A DNA stretch of 64,000 bases from Salpingoeca rosetta (taxonomy: Eukaryota > Protista > Choanoflagellata): positions 656,421 through 720,420 of the forward strand of contig JAWQFM010000035.1 in NCBI GenBank assembly GCA_033442325.1, read 5' to 3'. Below, one piece after another: positions 1-36,333 of this stretch (its first letter is position 1; every line of letters starts with the position of its first letter). The notes beneath the pieces were generated by a model. The model had not been told where the DNA came from and did not search any database. It saw only the letters and a list, made by a program, of their open reading frames with translations. The position numbers and the translations under genes were made by a program.

Positions 1-19
1 CGACTACACATGAACTCAC

Positions 20-373
20 CCTCTCCTGGTACTCTGGGTGCTTTGAGAGGTTGTAGGTGAGCCAGCTGAGGGCGGTGGACGTGGTGTCGTGGCCTGCGAA
101 GAGAAACGTGTCGCACTGGCTGCGAATCTCTTCGTCCGTCAGTGCTGGGTTGCCGTCCTTGTCGCGCGAGAGGAGACAAATGTCCAGGAAGTCGAACAGC
201 GCACGCCCAGAGGGGCTGGTAGCGTTGATTGTAGATTGAGAGGGGGAGCCAGTGAGTGCGTGTTCAGTGCGAGTGTTCGTACGGGTGTTCGTGCGAGTGT
301 TCGTGCAAGCGAGGGCGAGTGAGCGTTCACGCAGAACGTGAAAGGAAGAAAGACAAGGCAGCTGCATGATCGA

Positions 374-452
<79 letters not shown>

Positions 453-1356
453 CACCGCTTGTCGCGTGCGACGTCCTCGATGCTGACGCCCTTGAGCTCC
501 TCCTTACGGCGCGCAATAATCTGGCGGCCACACGCAGCAGGCACGCGGGCAGAGTTGCGAGAGTAGTAGCGATGAACGTTAGGTGCGACAATGGCAGCAT
601 ACGGGCGGACGATCAGAAAAACATACACGCACACATACACACAGAAGCACGTACATACATACATACAGACACACAGAAGCACGCACAGAAGCACACATAG
701 ACACACAGAAGCACACATACAGAAATCAAGCATGTACAGTGCCTGCAAGCAAGCAACCGTGCATGTTAGTTATACGTGTAGCGCACCTCGTTTGCCTTTC
801 CGTGGACGTAGTCGAGGACGGCCTGGAACTCGCGGCCCTCATCAGAGCGCTCGTAAATCGTGTCAAACAGGTATTTCGGCGTGCGCACGCGCTGCAGTGT
901 TGTGTGTGTGTGTGTTGTGTGTGTGTGTGTTGTGTGTGTGTGTGTGTTTTGTGCGTGTGTGGATGAGCCAACAGGCATCGAGAGCGGAGGGACAAAGGGG
1001 TGTGTGTCGTGTCGACGACGAGTAGAGATACAGAGATAATGCTGCAAGTAATGGGGCACTAACACGTGCACAAAAGACGAGCACAGCGAGCGCAGACCTT
1101 GGTGATGAAGTTTGCAATCTCGCCAATGGCAGTGGCATACTTCTCCTTGGGGTTGGTCTGGCACCCGCTCTCGTAGCTGATTCGTGGTGGTGGTTGTTGG
1201 GGGTGGAGGCGTATGTTGAGGTGTGGTGAGGTGACACATGGGAGATAATGTGACACAGGCGGACACAAGAACAGACAGACAGACAGACACACACACGCAC
1301 ACGCACGAATGTACCTATTCACACACACGCACACGCACACGCACACACACACGCAT

Positions 1357-1401
<45 letters not shown>

Positions 1402-2320
1402 CACACACACACACACGTATGCACGCACCCGAAAGCGCATCTGCAGATGGCGTCGAGAGTGAGGAGGCAAAAGTCTGGGAAGACGTCCACCTCCTTGTCT
1501 GGGGTGGCGGCGTAGCGGTTGAACTTGGTCACAAGCTCCTCCGTCGCCTCCACAATCACCTGCACCCACAGCCAACACACGTGCAATTACACATGCACAG
1601 GTATACACAATCGTGTGAGGAGAGTGCACGCGCATCTTGTGTCGTCATGTCGTGTGCGCCAGCACTTCTTGGTTCGTGCACGTGAGTACATGCGTGTGTG
1701 TGTGTGTGTGTGTGCGCACGTGTGCGTGTGTGCACGTGTGTGTGCGCGTGTGTGTGTGCGTGTGTGCTCACCGTGGAGTAGTTCTTGAGGAGGACGCGGT
1801 GGAATGCCGGGTTGAGGAGATGGCGCATTGTCCGCCACTCCTCGCCCTCCTGCCGGGCACATGCAGCCACACACCGCGGAAATGCGTAGAGTGAGCACAC
1901 ATATGGCACGCAAGCATCGCAAGCGGTGCGGAGAGACAGGCAAAGGGACAATGGAGGAAGAAACAGGTCGAGAAATTTACACAACAGAGGGAAGCACAAG
2001 GCACGTAAATCTTCGTTCAAATAGAGACACGGACACATCCACAGACACACAAGCACAGACAGACACAGGCACAAACAGACAGACGCACGAGGAGGAGGAG
2101 GGACTTCTGGCCGAGCCAGGGGCGGACGAAGCGGTAGAGCATCTGGGTCTTGGGGGAGTTGCGAGTAATGACCTTCTTCACATCAGCAGGCTGGTAGACA
2201 ACCTGCTCCGAGACAAGCACCACCATGGCTTTGTGTAAGGAGCGAGCAGAGGAGACGGTGCAGGGGATCTCAAGCGTAGGCAGTCAAGGAAAATGTGCAT
2301 GTACACAACAGCACATGCAG

Positions 2321-2361
<41 letters not shown>

Positions 2362-2514
2362 TACAATGCAAACAGGGACAGCATGCAGCTCCAGCGCACC
2401 ACATGGGGCATCAGCACGGTGTGCCAGAAACGGATGGCCCCGCCTCGGTTCTCGCGGCTGTACTTGAGAATGTACTTGAGGGATGCAGCGTTGTTCGGGT
2501 GCTCCTTCATTGTC
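20..2514 (-). CDS. Cytochrome P450, CYP4-clan-like (copy 1); 3' part runs off the left edge; N-terminal anchor exon not identified
   Basis: GT-AG exons approx 2514-2400 ([19 protein letters not shown]), 2205-2089 ([20 protein letters not shown]), 1850-1773 ([17 protein letters not shown], WxxxR C-helix), 1559-1429 ([13 protein letters not shown]), 1177-1098, 891-787, 520-456, 215-20 ([42 protein letters not shown]-helix). Confidence 0.9.
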
Positions 2515-2611
2515 CTGTGAAGATGAGTGAGGGTGTGTATGTACAGGTGTGTGAAGGTGTGTGAAGGTGTGCATGCGTTTGGAGATCACTTGCATGCAAC
2601 GCGAAGAATAC

Positions 2612-2697
<86 letters not shown>

Positions 2698-2926
2698 CAA
2701 AAGCACAAATGCAAACAGGCTTTCAGTTTGTCGTTGAACAGGCACACTGATCATGCACGTGGTGTAACAGGTGTGCCAAACACAACAGCACAAACAGCGA
2801 GGCTTTTGGTTTGCTTGCTTCATTGATCCTCATGGCTGACGGCCTTTGGTGTTGGTCAAGAGGAAACACAGGGAGGATGGAATACGAGCAATGGCATGAG
2901 GAGGAGGGCGGGATGAGCACGGGAAG

Positions 2927-8898
<5,972 letters not shown>

Positions 8899-9150
8899 CT
8901 TGCTTTCGTGTTTTGTTGTGCGCTCGCGACTGTCCTCCTCTCTCGCCACAGCTGCCGAAATTTCACTGCTGTCGTTGCAAACTTTCACAACCCGGATCGC
9001 TTGCTGCGGATGTGTCAGAATTCGAGCGAAACTGACCGCAGACAAGCAGGTGGTGTTGGTGTTGGTTCACATGCAGCAACACGATCAGCGACAGCAGCAG
9101 CAGCGGGAAGAGGAAGTGGAGGACAGGAAGTGACAGGAAAGGGAGCCAAG

Positions 9151-16558
<7,408 letters not shown>

Positions 16559-17043
16559 GCCATTGCGACAATGGTGGTGGTGGTGGTGGTGGTGGTGGTG
16601 GTGTGTAAGTGTGATTGGTTCTCCTACTGTCGTGTGGTGCTCGCATCTGCAGTGCACACGTGCATTTTGTTTGCGTTTGCGGGTGTGATGACTTGTCCTT
16701 CTCGTCGCGCCAATGAAGCGATGGGGCAACAACGTTGTAATTCATGAGAAGAGTGAACACAAGCACACCCAAGAGCAGCGTAGGAAACAGAGAAACACAC
16801 ACGCACACCACGTTCACCAGCACACGACACGTGAGCAAACACGAGCGCGACGGCAACGAGGAGGTTCGACAACGAGTGCACGCAACCGTCACGGTCATCA
16901 CCACCCGCACAACAGCAGCGACACAAACATCATCTCACTGAAGTGGATGGCATGAGCGGTGGGAGGGAAGCAACACGAACAGGGCACGGGAGGAGGTGTT
17001 GGTGGAGGCATTGGGATGGGGGGGGGGGTGGTGGCATTGGGGA

Positions 17044-18542
17044 TCAGCCCTCCTTGACGAGAGCGATGAGGATGCGACGATAGTCACCGCTCGTGTCGTC
17101 CTGAGAGAGTCAATGGCACGACGTCAAGTGGCATGGCATGGTGGTGGCGGAATGGTGGTGAATGTTGGTTGCACATTAATGCACGCATACAGACACACAG
17201 ACACACACACGTACACAGACACACACAGACACACAGACACACACACGCACACACAAACAGACACGCCCCCCCCCCCCACCACCACGATCCTTCTTTGTGT
17301 GTACCTTGATCATCTTTGCGAGGCTCTTGTTGTACGTGTCGAAGAAGCGTTCCTTGATCTCCACCATGTCCACCTCGGATCGCGAAACGACAATGCGCAC
17401 CAGCGTCTCGTCGTCAGTGCCGGCGCCTGCAATTGATGGTAGTGTGTCAGTGGTGGCAGGAGGGCGTGTGCGCGGAAGCAACGCACACAAGACACACAAA
17501 ACACACACACACGCACAGACACACACACACACACACAGACACACGCAATGCAAGCATGCAAAGAGATATCGTATTGCAATGTATTTGTGCGTGCAGCACG
17601 GTTGTCAAGCGTGTGTGTGCGTGAGCAGGGGTAGTGTGCGTACCCTTCATGGCCTTGTAGAGGCGCTCAGCAAAGTAGTTGGGGCGGTCCTTGATGCACA
17701 TCACCACGGCCTGGTATCCACGACGAACAAGAGGGGAGAGAGGGAGGGGTCGTTTGGGATGAGCGATGGGTGACAGCAGCCAGTGAACAGGATGGTTACA
17801 CAAAAACAGACGAGCAAGCATGCACGCACCCAATCCAGCCAAACAAAACAAACAAAACAAACAAAACAAAGCAAACAAAGCAAACAAAGCAAACAAAGCA
17901 AACAAACAAACAAAAGCACACCACAGCAACGTCAGCACACCAAACCAAAGCCAAACAAAACAAAACAAAACAAAACCACGACCAAGCCAAGGCAAGCCAC
18001 CATAAAATTGCGGGCGCACCTTGAAAGCGCTCTTGAGGTCACCGCTCATCTCGTGCTCGATTGAGCGGACAATGTCGTAGGACGAGATCTTGCGGTACTC
18101 CTGGAACGTGGCTCGCAGCTGCGGGTAGCTGCGCAGCGCAATGATCTGATGCAATACGCGCATTGCATGCAGGCACGGATGTGATGGTGATGGGGGGGGG
18201 GGGTGAGTGTATGAATGGGGTTACTGTGCATGTGTGCGAGCGCGTGCATGTTCACATGTCGTCACACATCATCGCAAGTGCGTGCACAAGTGCGTGTGCG
18301 GGGGTGTGTACACACACCTGGTTGAACTTTGACTCGTCGGTGCCCCAGCGCTTCTCGCCGGCCTTGTACAGCTCCTCAGCCTCGCGCTTGGCTTTGGCCA
18401 TGTCAACCTCAGCCGACTCCTCCTGGTAGTAACAACCAGTGATCATTGTGGATGAGGTGGTGATAGGGTGGCGATGATGCGGTAAGCAACACGGGTGGTG
18501 ATGTTTGTGTAAGTGGCGCAGAAACAGAAAAAAAATCACTTT

Positions 18543-18626
<84 letters not shown>

Positions 18627-19303
18627 CATCCAGACACACAGTCATCCAGGCATTTACGCACACATAGACCTCCAGACACACATATACGCACACAAAACAC
18701 AACACACACGTACACATACACACAGAACATGGTGCGCACCCTGTTGCCCTGGACGCATGAGACGAGGAGGCGCTTGAAGTGCCCGCTCGTGTCGGACACA
18801 ATGTCCTTCTCAAGATCACGACCGTACACTAAGTTGCATTGAATTGGAGTGCAGAGGCGACAGGAGGGGATGGGTGCGAAGGTTAATAAGGTGAAGTTGA
18901 AGGTGATGGTGATGATGACAGTCAAATCATGTGCGGCGTGTAGTGGTGTCGATGGAAACAAATGACAGCTGCAGCGTGACCACGCGAAGGAAACCCCTGC
19001 TATATCTTGTTGTGACATCTCTCCTCCTCACATTGCTGCCCCTCCTCCCGCGCCAAATCGCCCATCGTGTTACCGCGCAACTCACGTTCTTTGTACGCGG
19101 CCTTGATGGCGTGAATCTCCTGGTTCGTGCGCGTGCAGATGACCTCAATCAGCGCCCGCTCGTCAGTGCCCATGCCCTGCCGTTGACAAGGCCGGTGATG
19201 GTGAAGTGTGGTGCAGGCATTGATGGATGGATGTGAGCTGCAAGATCACGGGTATCAAAAATACATACACACAACACACATGCGCACTCACAAAGACAGA
19301 CAG

Positions 19304-19343
<40 letters not shown>

Positions 19344-19592
19344 AGACACGCAGACACGCACAGACACACACACACATAGACACACACCTTCATGGCCTTC
19401 CTGAGGCAGCGAGCGTCAAAGTGGGGGCGGTCGTAGAGAAGACCAACAAGCACGTCCTCAAAGTGCCCGCTCGTCTCGGACTTGAGATCCTTCTCAAGAT
19501 CCTTGCCGTACATCGTCTGGTCGCGTTTGGAACCCGAGGGGGAGGGGGGTGGAAGTGGGTGGAGGTGATGGTGTGGAGAAATACGTCGCATG

Positions 19593-19656
<64 letters not shown>

Positions 19657-20259
19657 CAGAGACAGACACAGAGACAGACACACGACAGCAGCAAGACGCT
19701 TGCGTGTGGCGGTCACCTTGAACTGGAGCTTGATCTTGAGGCGCTGCTCGGCGGTGCGGTTGGTCAGCACGTCGATAATCGCCTTCTCATCCGTGCCCAT
19801 GCCTACAGGCAGTACAGTCGAAACGCGCGCGCACACACACACACACATACAAACACGCACACACATACAAACGTGGGCATGAAAACATGTACACACACAT
19901 GTGAGTGTGAGCAACCGGAAACAGACGACAGATGCGATCAACAACAGGAAGTAGGAGAACAAGCAGGAGGTACAAGTTCAAGTGCAGACACCAGAGGCAC
20001 AGCAGTAATAGATAATCAACACTGTCTCCACATTCCATTTCTTTCCATCCACCTTCCCCCTCCCTCGTCATTGTGCACGAGTGGTTGCGCGTACCCTTCA
20101 TGGCCTTGCGGAGAGCAATGGCATCCTCTTCAGCGTTGAAGTTCGGGTACGGGTGCACCGTCGGGTGCCCAACCGGCTGGCAGCGGCAGAACGTCCATTA
20201 TCACATCATCACAGTAGCACAACAGCAGGAGGAGGTACGACAGGCGTGAGTAAACGGTA

Positions 20260-20299
<40 letters not shown>

Positions 20300-20977
20300 G
20301 CATGCATGCACGCACATACACACACAATGCATGCATGCACGCATACTACCTCCGCCACCACCACAGGTACAAATTGCAAGCTATTGCTCACCTCCAGAGA
20401 CATGCTCTGCATGCTGCTCGTCACGTCGCCAACGCTGCCGCTGCTGGCTGGCGGTGGAGGCGCTGAGCGCTGTGGGGGCGGTGCCTGCTGCGTCGTCGGT
20501 GGTGGTGGCGCAGCCTGGTGCGGCGACGGCGGCTGTTGCTGGCCGTACCCCTGGGGTGGTGGCTGCTGTTGGCCATAACCCTGCTGTGGTGGCTGTTGCT
20601 GACCGTACCCTTGGGGTGGTGGGGGTTGTTGACCATAGCCCTGAGGAGGAGGTGGCTGTTGGCCGTAGCCCTGAGGTGGTGGCTGTTGGCCGTAGCCCTG
20701 GGGAGGAGGGGGCTGCTGACCGTAGCCCTGAGGTGGTGGTTGCTGGGCGTAGCTGTGGGGTGGAGGCTGCTGCCCGTATCCCTGGGGCGGCTGGCCGTAC
20801 CCCTGTGGCGGGGGCTGCTGGCCATAGGGCTGGGCCGGCGGGGGCGCGTACCCAGACTGAGGGGGCTGGTGGAACCCGCCGCCATAGGGGGGCTGCTGGC
20901 CATATGGGCCTGGCGGCGGCTGTTGCTGCTGCTGGTACCCGCCGTACGGTGGCTGCTGGTACCCACCACCATACGGG

Positions 20978-21010
<33 letters not shown>

Positions 21011-21324
21011 GGCGGCTGGCCGTAGGCGCCCGGTGGGTAGGCCGCGTTCTGCCCGGGGTACTGGACGCTGCCTGGACCATAGCCTGAGAGAGAAGGCACA
21101 CGAAAACAAGCACGATCGGTGACGGGGCGGATGACGTGTTGGTGTGCGCGTGAGTTGGACGGGTGTGTGGCGTTATGGATGAATGTGCGTCGAAAAGGAC
21201 GAAACGGCAAGGGTTGCAAAAAAAAAAAAAAAAAAAAAGGAGAAAAGAGAGCCACCAAGCAAAGGGCAGGGGTGGCACTCACTCATGGCAGCGTACCTGT
21301 GGGAGGTGGAGGAGGGTAGGACAT
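17044..21324 (-). CDS. Annexin with long G/Y/P/Q-rich N-terminus (annexin A7/A11-like)
   Basis: Starts [22 protein letters not shown] repeats 20530-21080. Four annexin repeats: [71 protein letters not shown]. Ends [18 protein letters not shown]. Confidence 0.95.
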
Positions 21325-21909
21325 GATGGGGGGCTTTTCTTCTTTCCTTTTCGGAAGGGTAGAGAGGAGGACACGTAAAATCTGTTTGTGATGGGCAAAC
21401 AAACGATGGACAGGCAGACAGATCGATACGCAAGCAGAGGCGCGGGGGAGGGGCTGGATGAGAATCGAGCGAAATCGTGAGGAAATGTAATCGAAGCGAT
21501 AATGGCGAACACGCACGCACAGAGACATGGAGGGGGAGATACAGGAGAGGGGGAGCTGTGAAGATGCAGGAACACACTTACGCACACCACGGCAACAACG
21601 AAACAAGCAAAGGCCACTCACCAATCCAAGAATCCACTCACGCAAACACAAACAGAAGCAACTCACTTGTTTGCCGAGATGCGTCGTCGTCGAAACAGTG
21701 AAATCCGTTTGTGGGAAATGACAGCGACGAATATCCACTGAAAATATACACCAATCGCCATTACCACAAGGCGCAGAAGGAGAAAGGGTGGATGCTGTTG
21801 TTGTTCTTGGACGACCAAGCACACGACTCACACACTGACAAAAGTGCACATACACACACCCATACACACACACACACACACACTCACTCACACAGACATC
21901 AGTGCCGGC

Positions 21910-23011
21910 ATGTCGATGGCAGCAAGAGGGGTGGACGCAAAGAAGTCCGTTGTGGAGGACGCCAACAGCTTGGAGTTCTTTGAGGGTGCGTCGTCCATGT
22001 GCACACAAATGCGCTTCATGTTCTGTGCATGCGTGTTGTGCGTGTTGTGTGTGTGTGTGTGTTGCACCAACGTCTCAGTTAGATCGGCCGTGGTCACTGG
22101 TGCAGACTTTGAGCAGGTGTCGACCGTGCCGCTGCTGTTGTCGGAGGTGGAGAAGATCCTGGAGGCGCGAAAAGACCTGCAGCTGCGCGAGGACCCAGAT
22201 GCGGCCATGAGCGCCGAGTTTACAAAGACCCTCGACTACGCACAGCGATTCGGACACTCGCGCTCATACGAAGCAGACGAGGCCCTCCGATCGTACGTCA
22301 GATTGTAGATTGGATTTTGGATTGCTTGCGTGCGTGCATGTGTGCGTGCGCGCGCGCGCGCGCGCGTGTGTGTGTGTGTATGCGTGTGTGTTCGCTGCGC
22401 GCTCGTTGCTGTGTTGGGCGTGTGCTTGTTCACTGCAAACATACACACACGCATGTACACACACACACACATTCACCTACGCACACACACACACATACAC
22501 ATACTCACAGGATTATGGAAGAGTTGCGGACACAGACACCAGATATGGAGAAGAGGTTGCACAAGTTTGAGGAGGTGCAGTTGATCAACCTGGCGCCAGA
22601 GACCGTGGAGGAAGCAAAGGCCCTCATCCCAACGTGAGTCAACGCAGAGGAGGCTGTGAGGAGATGAGAGGAGATTCGGGGGATGGGGTCGCTTGCTGGC
22701 TGCGTTTGGGAGCTGTGCGCGAGAAGTAGTTTTGCTGTCTTGAATACCGCACTGCCTTGAATGTCTCACAAATATTGTCTCCTCCTTCCCCCTTCTCACG
22801 CACACATGCGTGCATGTGCGCGCGTGTGTGTGCGCTTGTATGTGTGCGTGTATGTGTGCGTGTGTGTGTGTGCGTGTGTGTGCGTGTGTATGTGGACGCG
22901 TCTACTTCCTGTGTGTTGTGTGTGAATGTGCACAGGTTGGTGCGTGTGGACGACGATATCTTGGAGAATGTGCTGCAGCAGATTATGGCGTTCCGTTCCT
23001 TTGCAACATAA
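21910..23011 (+). CDS. RPB4: DNA-directed RNA polymerase II subunit RPB4
   Basis: Four exons: VEDANSLEFFE/DFEQ..PLLLSEVEKIL..FTKTLDYAQRF / LHKFEEVQLINLAPETVEEAKALIPT / LVRVDDDILENVLQQIMAFRSFAT*. These are typical RPB4/POLR2D motifs. Confidence 0.93.
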
Positions 23012-23216
23012 CCGCTCCTATGTGATCGTGTGTGATGTGTGTGATGTGTGTGATGTGTGTGCATGTGTGTGTGTGTGTGTTGGATGTGGTGGTAGCACAG
23101 GGGCATGGAGGACACCGCTGTTCACACACGTGCAGCAGCAGAAAGAGAGAGTAAACAAACGAAGCAAGCAGAAGCAAGCAAGTGAGGCATTTTGGAGGAC
23201 AGTCAAACAAACAACA

Positions 23217-31674
<8,458 letters not shown>

Positions 31675-31951
31675 TGATGGGCTTTGACACGGAGTTGAGT
31701 TGCTTCGTCGTGGATTAGTGTACTGTATCAATGTATGGTTGTATTGCATCTGAGCCATTCCAGTAACTGACGTGAGGTTGATTGATAATTGAACACGTTG
31801 AGATGAAGTAACGAGATGGCACAGAGAAGTGCACAAAGAAAACATGCAGAAGGTGCGAACAGCGGACACACACACACGCACACACACACACACACACACG
31901 CACACACACGCACACACACACGCACACGCACACACACGCACACACACACAC

Positions 31952-31988
<37 letters not shown>

Positions 31989-32012
31989 TACACACACAAA
32001 AGTACGTGCACA

Positions 32013-32704
32013 TCACGTGCTGAATCTGCGGGTGAGCAGCTGCGCGATGTTGCGGGCGGCAATCACGGATCCCTCCATTGCGCTCGCCACAGACTCCATT
32101 GCGTTGACGTGGAACACATTTGGCGCCACCTCAATTGGCTGATACAGCGGTGGCAGCGGCTGCGGTGACTGGGCGAGCGTGCGGCCCCCTACGAGAGCAT
32201 CACTGTCAACGTCACCAGCACCAGCACTCACACCACTCGCACCATCACTTCCACCACCACGATGATGATGATGAAGATGATGATGATGATGAGCCACCAC
32301 GTCGGAGAAAGGGTTGAGTCGTGGGAACGTGTAGTGCCATGTGTGCTGGACGACGCGTGAGCGATCGACGAACATGCTATCGAGCGTTGTGTTGTCAGCA
32401 CCACCGACCGTCGTCAGCTTGTACACGCTCCTGTTGGCTGCCGTCGTGGCCACCAGTTGCACCGCCGTGAACCCGTCACTGGTGGCGTTGGCTGTTGTCA
32501 GGATTTGCTCGGGCATGGTTGCGTTTGGCGGCGCGTTGAAGCGAGCGGGTCGCAGACCAGCCGCCTCCACGATGGTCACCGTGCACGACACGAAGGGCCG
32601 TGGTCTGAAGTCGGCAGTGATGTTGATGTTCGACCACGATGCAGAGAGGAACTCCAGTGGCAGCGCCACCACCACCGCGTCCACGTCGTCAAGCTCAATA
32701 CCGA

Positions 32705-32797
<93 letters not shown>

Positions 32798-33830
32798 CGT
32801 TGTTGACGTTTGGTTTCGCAGCCTTGACGGAGAACGTGTTGGCCGTGTCGTTGAAGTGGATGCGCGTGACACGCGCGTTGACGTTGATGTTCTTGGTTGC
32901 GTTGTGTGCCATCTGCTGCACAAGATAGCTGTTCCCCTTTGCGCAGCTGTGGGCGCTGGTCATGCTCACCAGCGACACGAGCGTGGCAAACGAGTGCGCC
33001 GTGAGATTCTGCCCGTAGATGACACGGACCAGAGGCTCCAGATAGAACGACTTGGCGGTGGCAGAGATGGCGCGCTGCTGGCCAAAGTACTGCAGCGAGG
33101 TGACGCCCGTGTACGTGCTCAAGCCGCCGTGGTGCAGGAACATGCTGATATTGCGGAACGGCTTGCCGTCCTCAAACTGCCCGCGTTCCAGGTAGTTGAG
33201 GTTCAACTTGCCCAGGAACCCGACCGTGTCCTCTGCAATCACAGCGTCGGATATGACGTCCTTCTCCAGGAAGTGCATGATGTCAAAGAGTGCGCGACCC
33301 TGCCAGATTGCCAACTCGGGCATCTTCGGCGGCACGCCAACAGCGTGTTGGGTTGTTGCACTGGTCTGCTGCGTCTGTTTCCGCCTCTGTTGCACCTGCT
33401 GTTGCTCCTGCTGTGGTTGCTGTTGTGAGGCCGACTGCTGCGTGTGGGCGCCGGTGTTGCTGCGGCGTGTCAGGTCCACGGGAATGTCGAGCTCCTTCAC
33501 AATCTCTGACACGTAGTGGTTGACATTTGCCCATGCGTCGCCGCCAAGCTCGATCGGCCCATCCACCCCAGGCCATGAGATGTGCTTGAGCCGGCCACCG
33601 AGCTCGGAGTGCTGTTCAAACAGGTGCACGTCAAACGAGCCGTGGTGCTTGTTGAGGTAGTAGGCGACTGCAGCGCCACCGATGCCACCGCCGATGATGG
33701 CGATGCGAGGACGCCGTCCTACGCGCTGTGGTCCTTGCTCACCACCTGCATCGGCTGCCGTCGCGCTGGTGGCCGCACCAAGCACAGCCAGACAGGCTAA
33801 CACGCTGACGATGACAAGCAGAAGGCGCAT
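32013..33830 (-). CDS. Prenylcysteine oxidase/farnesylcysteine lyase (PCYOX1-like), intronless, with signal peptide
   Basis: 605 aa ORF with a signal peptide, FAD motif RIAIIGGGIGG..LFEQHSELGGR..IELGG, VRVIYGQ, and the family C-terminus FHVNAMESVASAMEGSVIAARNIAQLL. Contains poly-N, Q-rich and poly-H inserts. Confidence 0.9.
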
Positions 33831-34072
33831 GCTGCGTCGGTTGTTGTTGGCTGTCGTCGTTGCTGCTGATGGCTGTCCTCCAAGACGAAGTAAAATTCAC
33901 TATATCTTCAAATAATTCTCCACATCCAGAGTGGAATCTCGCCCACAAACAAACAACAACAGCGACGACTGACTTTGCTTCTTGCTTGCTGGCTGGCTTG
34001 CTTGCTTGAGTTGCTTGAGTTGCCTCTCCTTGGTTTTGCTTTGTGCAACCGACAGTCAGACAACAGCCAACG

Positions 34073-34171
34073 ATGTGGCGTGCAGGGCTTGACGATCTTG
34101 AGGTGGAGTACGACAGCGGTGACGACTGGGAGACGGACGCCGACTTTGAGGTGCATGATATTGTGTGTGCA

Positions 34172-34223
<52 letters not shown>

Positions 34224-35320
34224 GTGTGTGTGTGTGTGTTATGTGTGTGTGTTTGTGTGAGGCGTGTGTTGGGGGTGGTGTGTTGTTGTGTGTGTGTGTG
34301 TGTGTGTAAGTGCACATCCTGCTAGCGGCATACGAGATGCCCTGGAGCCTCTAAAGCGAGGAGTGGCGCATGCGATTGCAGGAGGACTGCCACTTTCAGG
34401 ACAGAACTGGTAATTGTACCCGCTCAGGCAACGATGACCTTATAAGGTGACAGGTATCGAGTCATCGAGTTCTGCTCATTAATGGGGCACCGATGTAATG
34501 TGTGCCGGCCCCCCTTTGCTTGCTCTGCTGTGATCCATTCACGCGCACTCCGAGCCGATCGGAGCCACATGAAACGGCACTCATTCACCTTTGTGTAGCA
34601 CTAGACAGGATCCTACCCGGACGGAAGAGTATGACGCGAAGACATGCATTTTCCGCCAGTTGGCTAAAGAAAAGAAACATCTGGAATCACATATCTTCTC
34701 CACGGGGGTGCAGTGGAGAATAATTCGGGGTTGCCATGTTATGTGTGTGTGTGTGTGTGCGTGTGTGTGTGTGTGTGTACGTGTGTGTGTGTGTGTGTCG
34801 TGCAATGCAATGCAATGCAATTCAATGCAATAGTGTCTGCCTTTGCTTTTGTGCGCAACATCATGCCGTGCCGATCGATTGTCCCCTCGCATCCCGCTGC
34901 GACCTTGTGAAATCGCCCACTCTCTCATTCTCTGATATACGGCAACGGAACCAGAACGATGTGAGCGAGAAGCAGCAGCGCTGGGGCTCCCGCACCGTGG
35001 AGGGGTCTGGCCGCGTCGGCGTCATTGAGGGCGGGTGAGCATACCGACGAGAGTATGTGGCGGAAGATCTGACTGCTGCTCGACCGTGTGCTTTCACCGG
35101 TTCATCCATGTGTGTTTCCTTACTTGCTCACATATACAATTGCGTTGCTTGATTCCTTTTCATTGCGCTTGCATTGTTAAGGCTGGACGCTCTTCGTCAC
35201 GCCGTCGAGGAAGGCGACAAGGAGATCAAGTCCACGCAGCGCAAGTGAGCTGTGTGTGTTTGTCTGTGTTTGTCTGTGTGTTTGTCTGTGTCTGCGGGTT
35301 TGCTTGTGTCTGCGTGTCTG

Positions 35321-35380
<60 letters not shown>

Positions 35381-36015
35381 TGTGTGTGTGTTTGTGATGT
35401 GCTGAGAGGTCCCCTTATTGCAGCCATTCACTCCCCCCTGCTTTTCTTTCCCCTTTGCAGGGAGAACTTTGCCCATGGATATGGCGGCAAGTACGGCGTG
35501 CAAACCGATCGCCAGGACAAGGTCATATTGCGGTTGCGTAGCGTGTTTGCTTGTTTGTTTGTTTGTTTGTGTGTGTGTGTGTGTGTGCGTGTGTGTGTGT
35601 ACGTGTGTGCGTGCGTGTGCAATACGCCATTGAAATGTTCTCAATCATGTGCGTGTGTATTTGCACTCTATTGCTGCAGAGCGTGGTTGGTTACGAGTAC
35701 CAGCACGAGAAGCAGCTGCACTCGTCCCAAACGGACGCCAAGAAAGGCTTTGGCGGCAAGTTTGGTATCGACCGCAGCGCCCAGGTGTGCGCAATGTGGC
35801 ATCACCTGCTGTGTGTGTCTGTGTGGGTGTGTCTGTGTGTGTCTGTGTGCGTCTGTGTGTGTCTGTGTGTGTCTGTGTGGAACAGTGCATCTGACGTCAC
35901 GCTTGCAATCTAACATGTGCATACCACACGCGCTTTGTGTTACGACGTACAGGGAACCACCACATCCGACACAGCCGATGAACGTGAGTTGCCTTGACCA
36001 TACGCACGCACGCGA

Positions 36016-36082
<67 letters not shown>

Positions 36083-36292
36083 ATCTTACTTGCGTGTCTT
36101 GTCATCTCCCTCCCTTCATCATCATCTCATGGCACCCCCACAACCCCGCAACCCCCCTCCCACCACCACCACTACCACCACCGCGCAACGCAGCGGAGGC
36201 TGTTGGTGCCAAGTACGACAAGCCCGACGTTGTTGGCGCCAACGCGTCCTCCCTCCGCGCCCGTTTCGAGTCAATGAACCAGCAGAAGGAAG

Positions 36293-36333
<41 letters not shown>

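Noticed and set aside
32013-33830. Intronless PCYOX as a horizontally acquired gene
   Set aside because: The family is typically eukaryotic and the ORF carries host-style poly-N/Q/H tracts. Lack of introns alone is insufficient.
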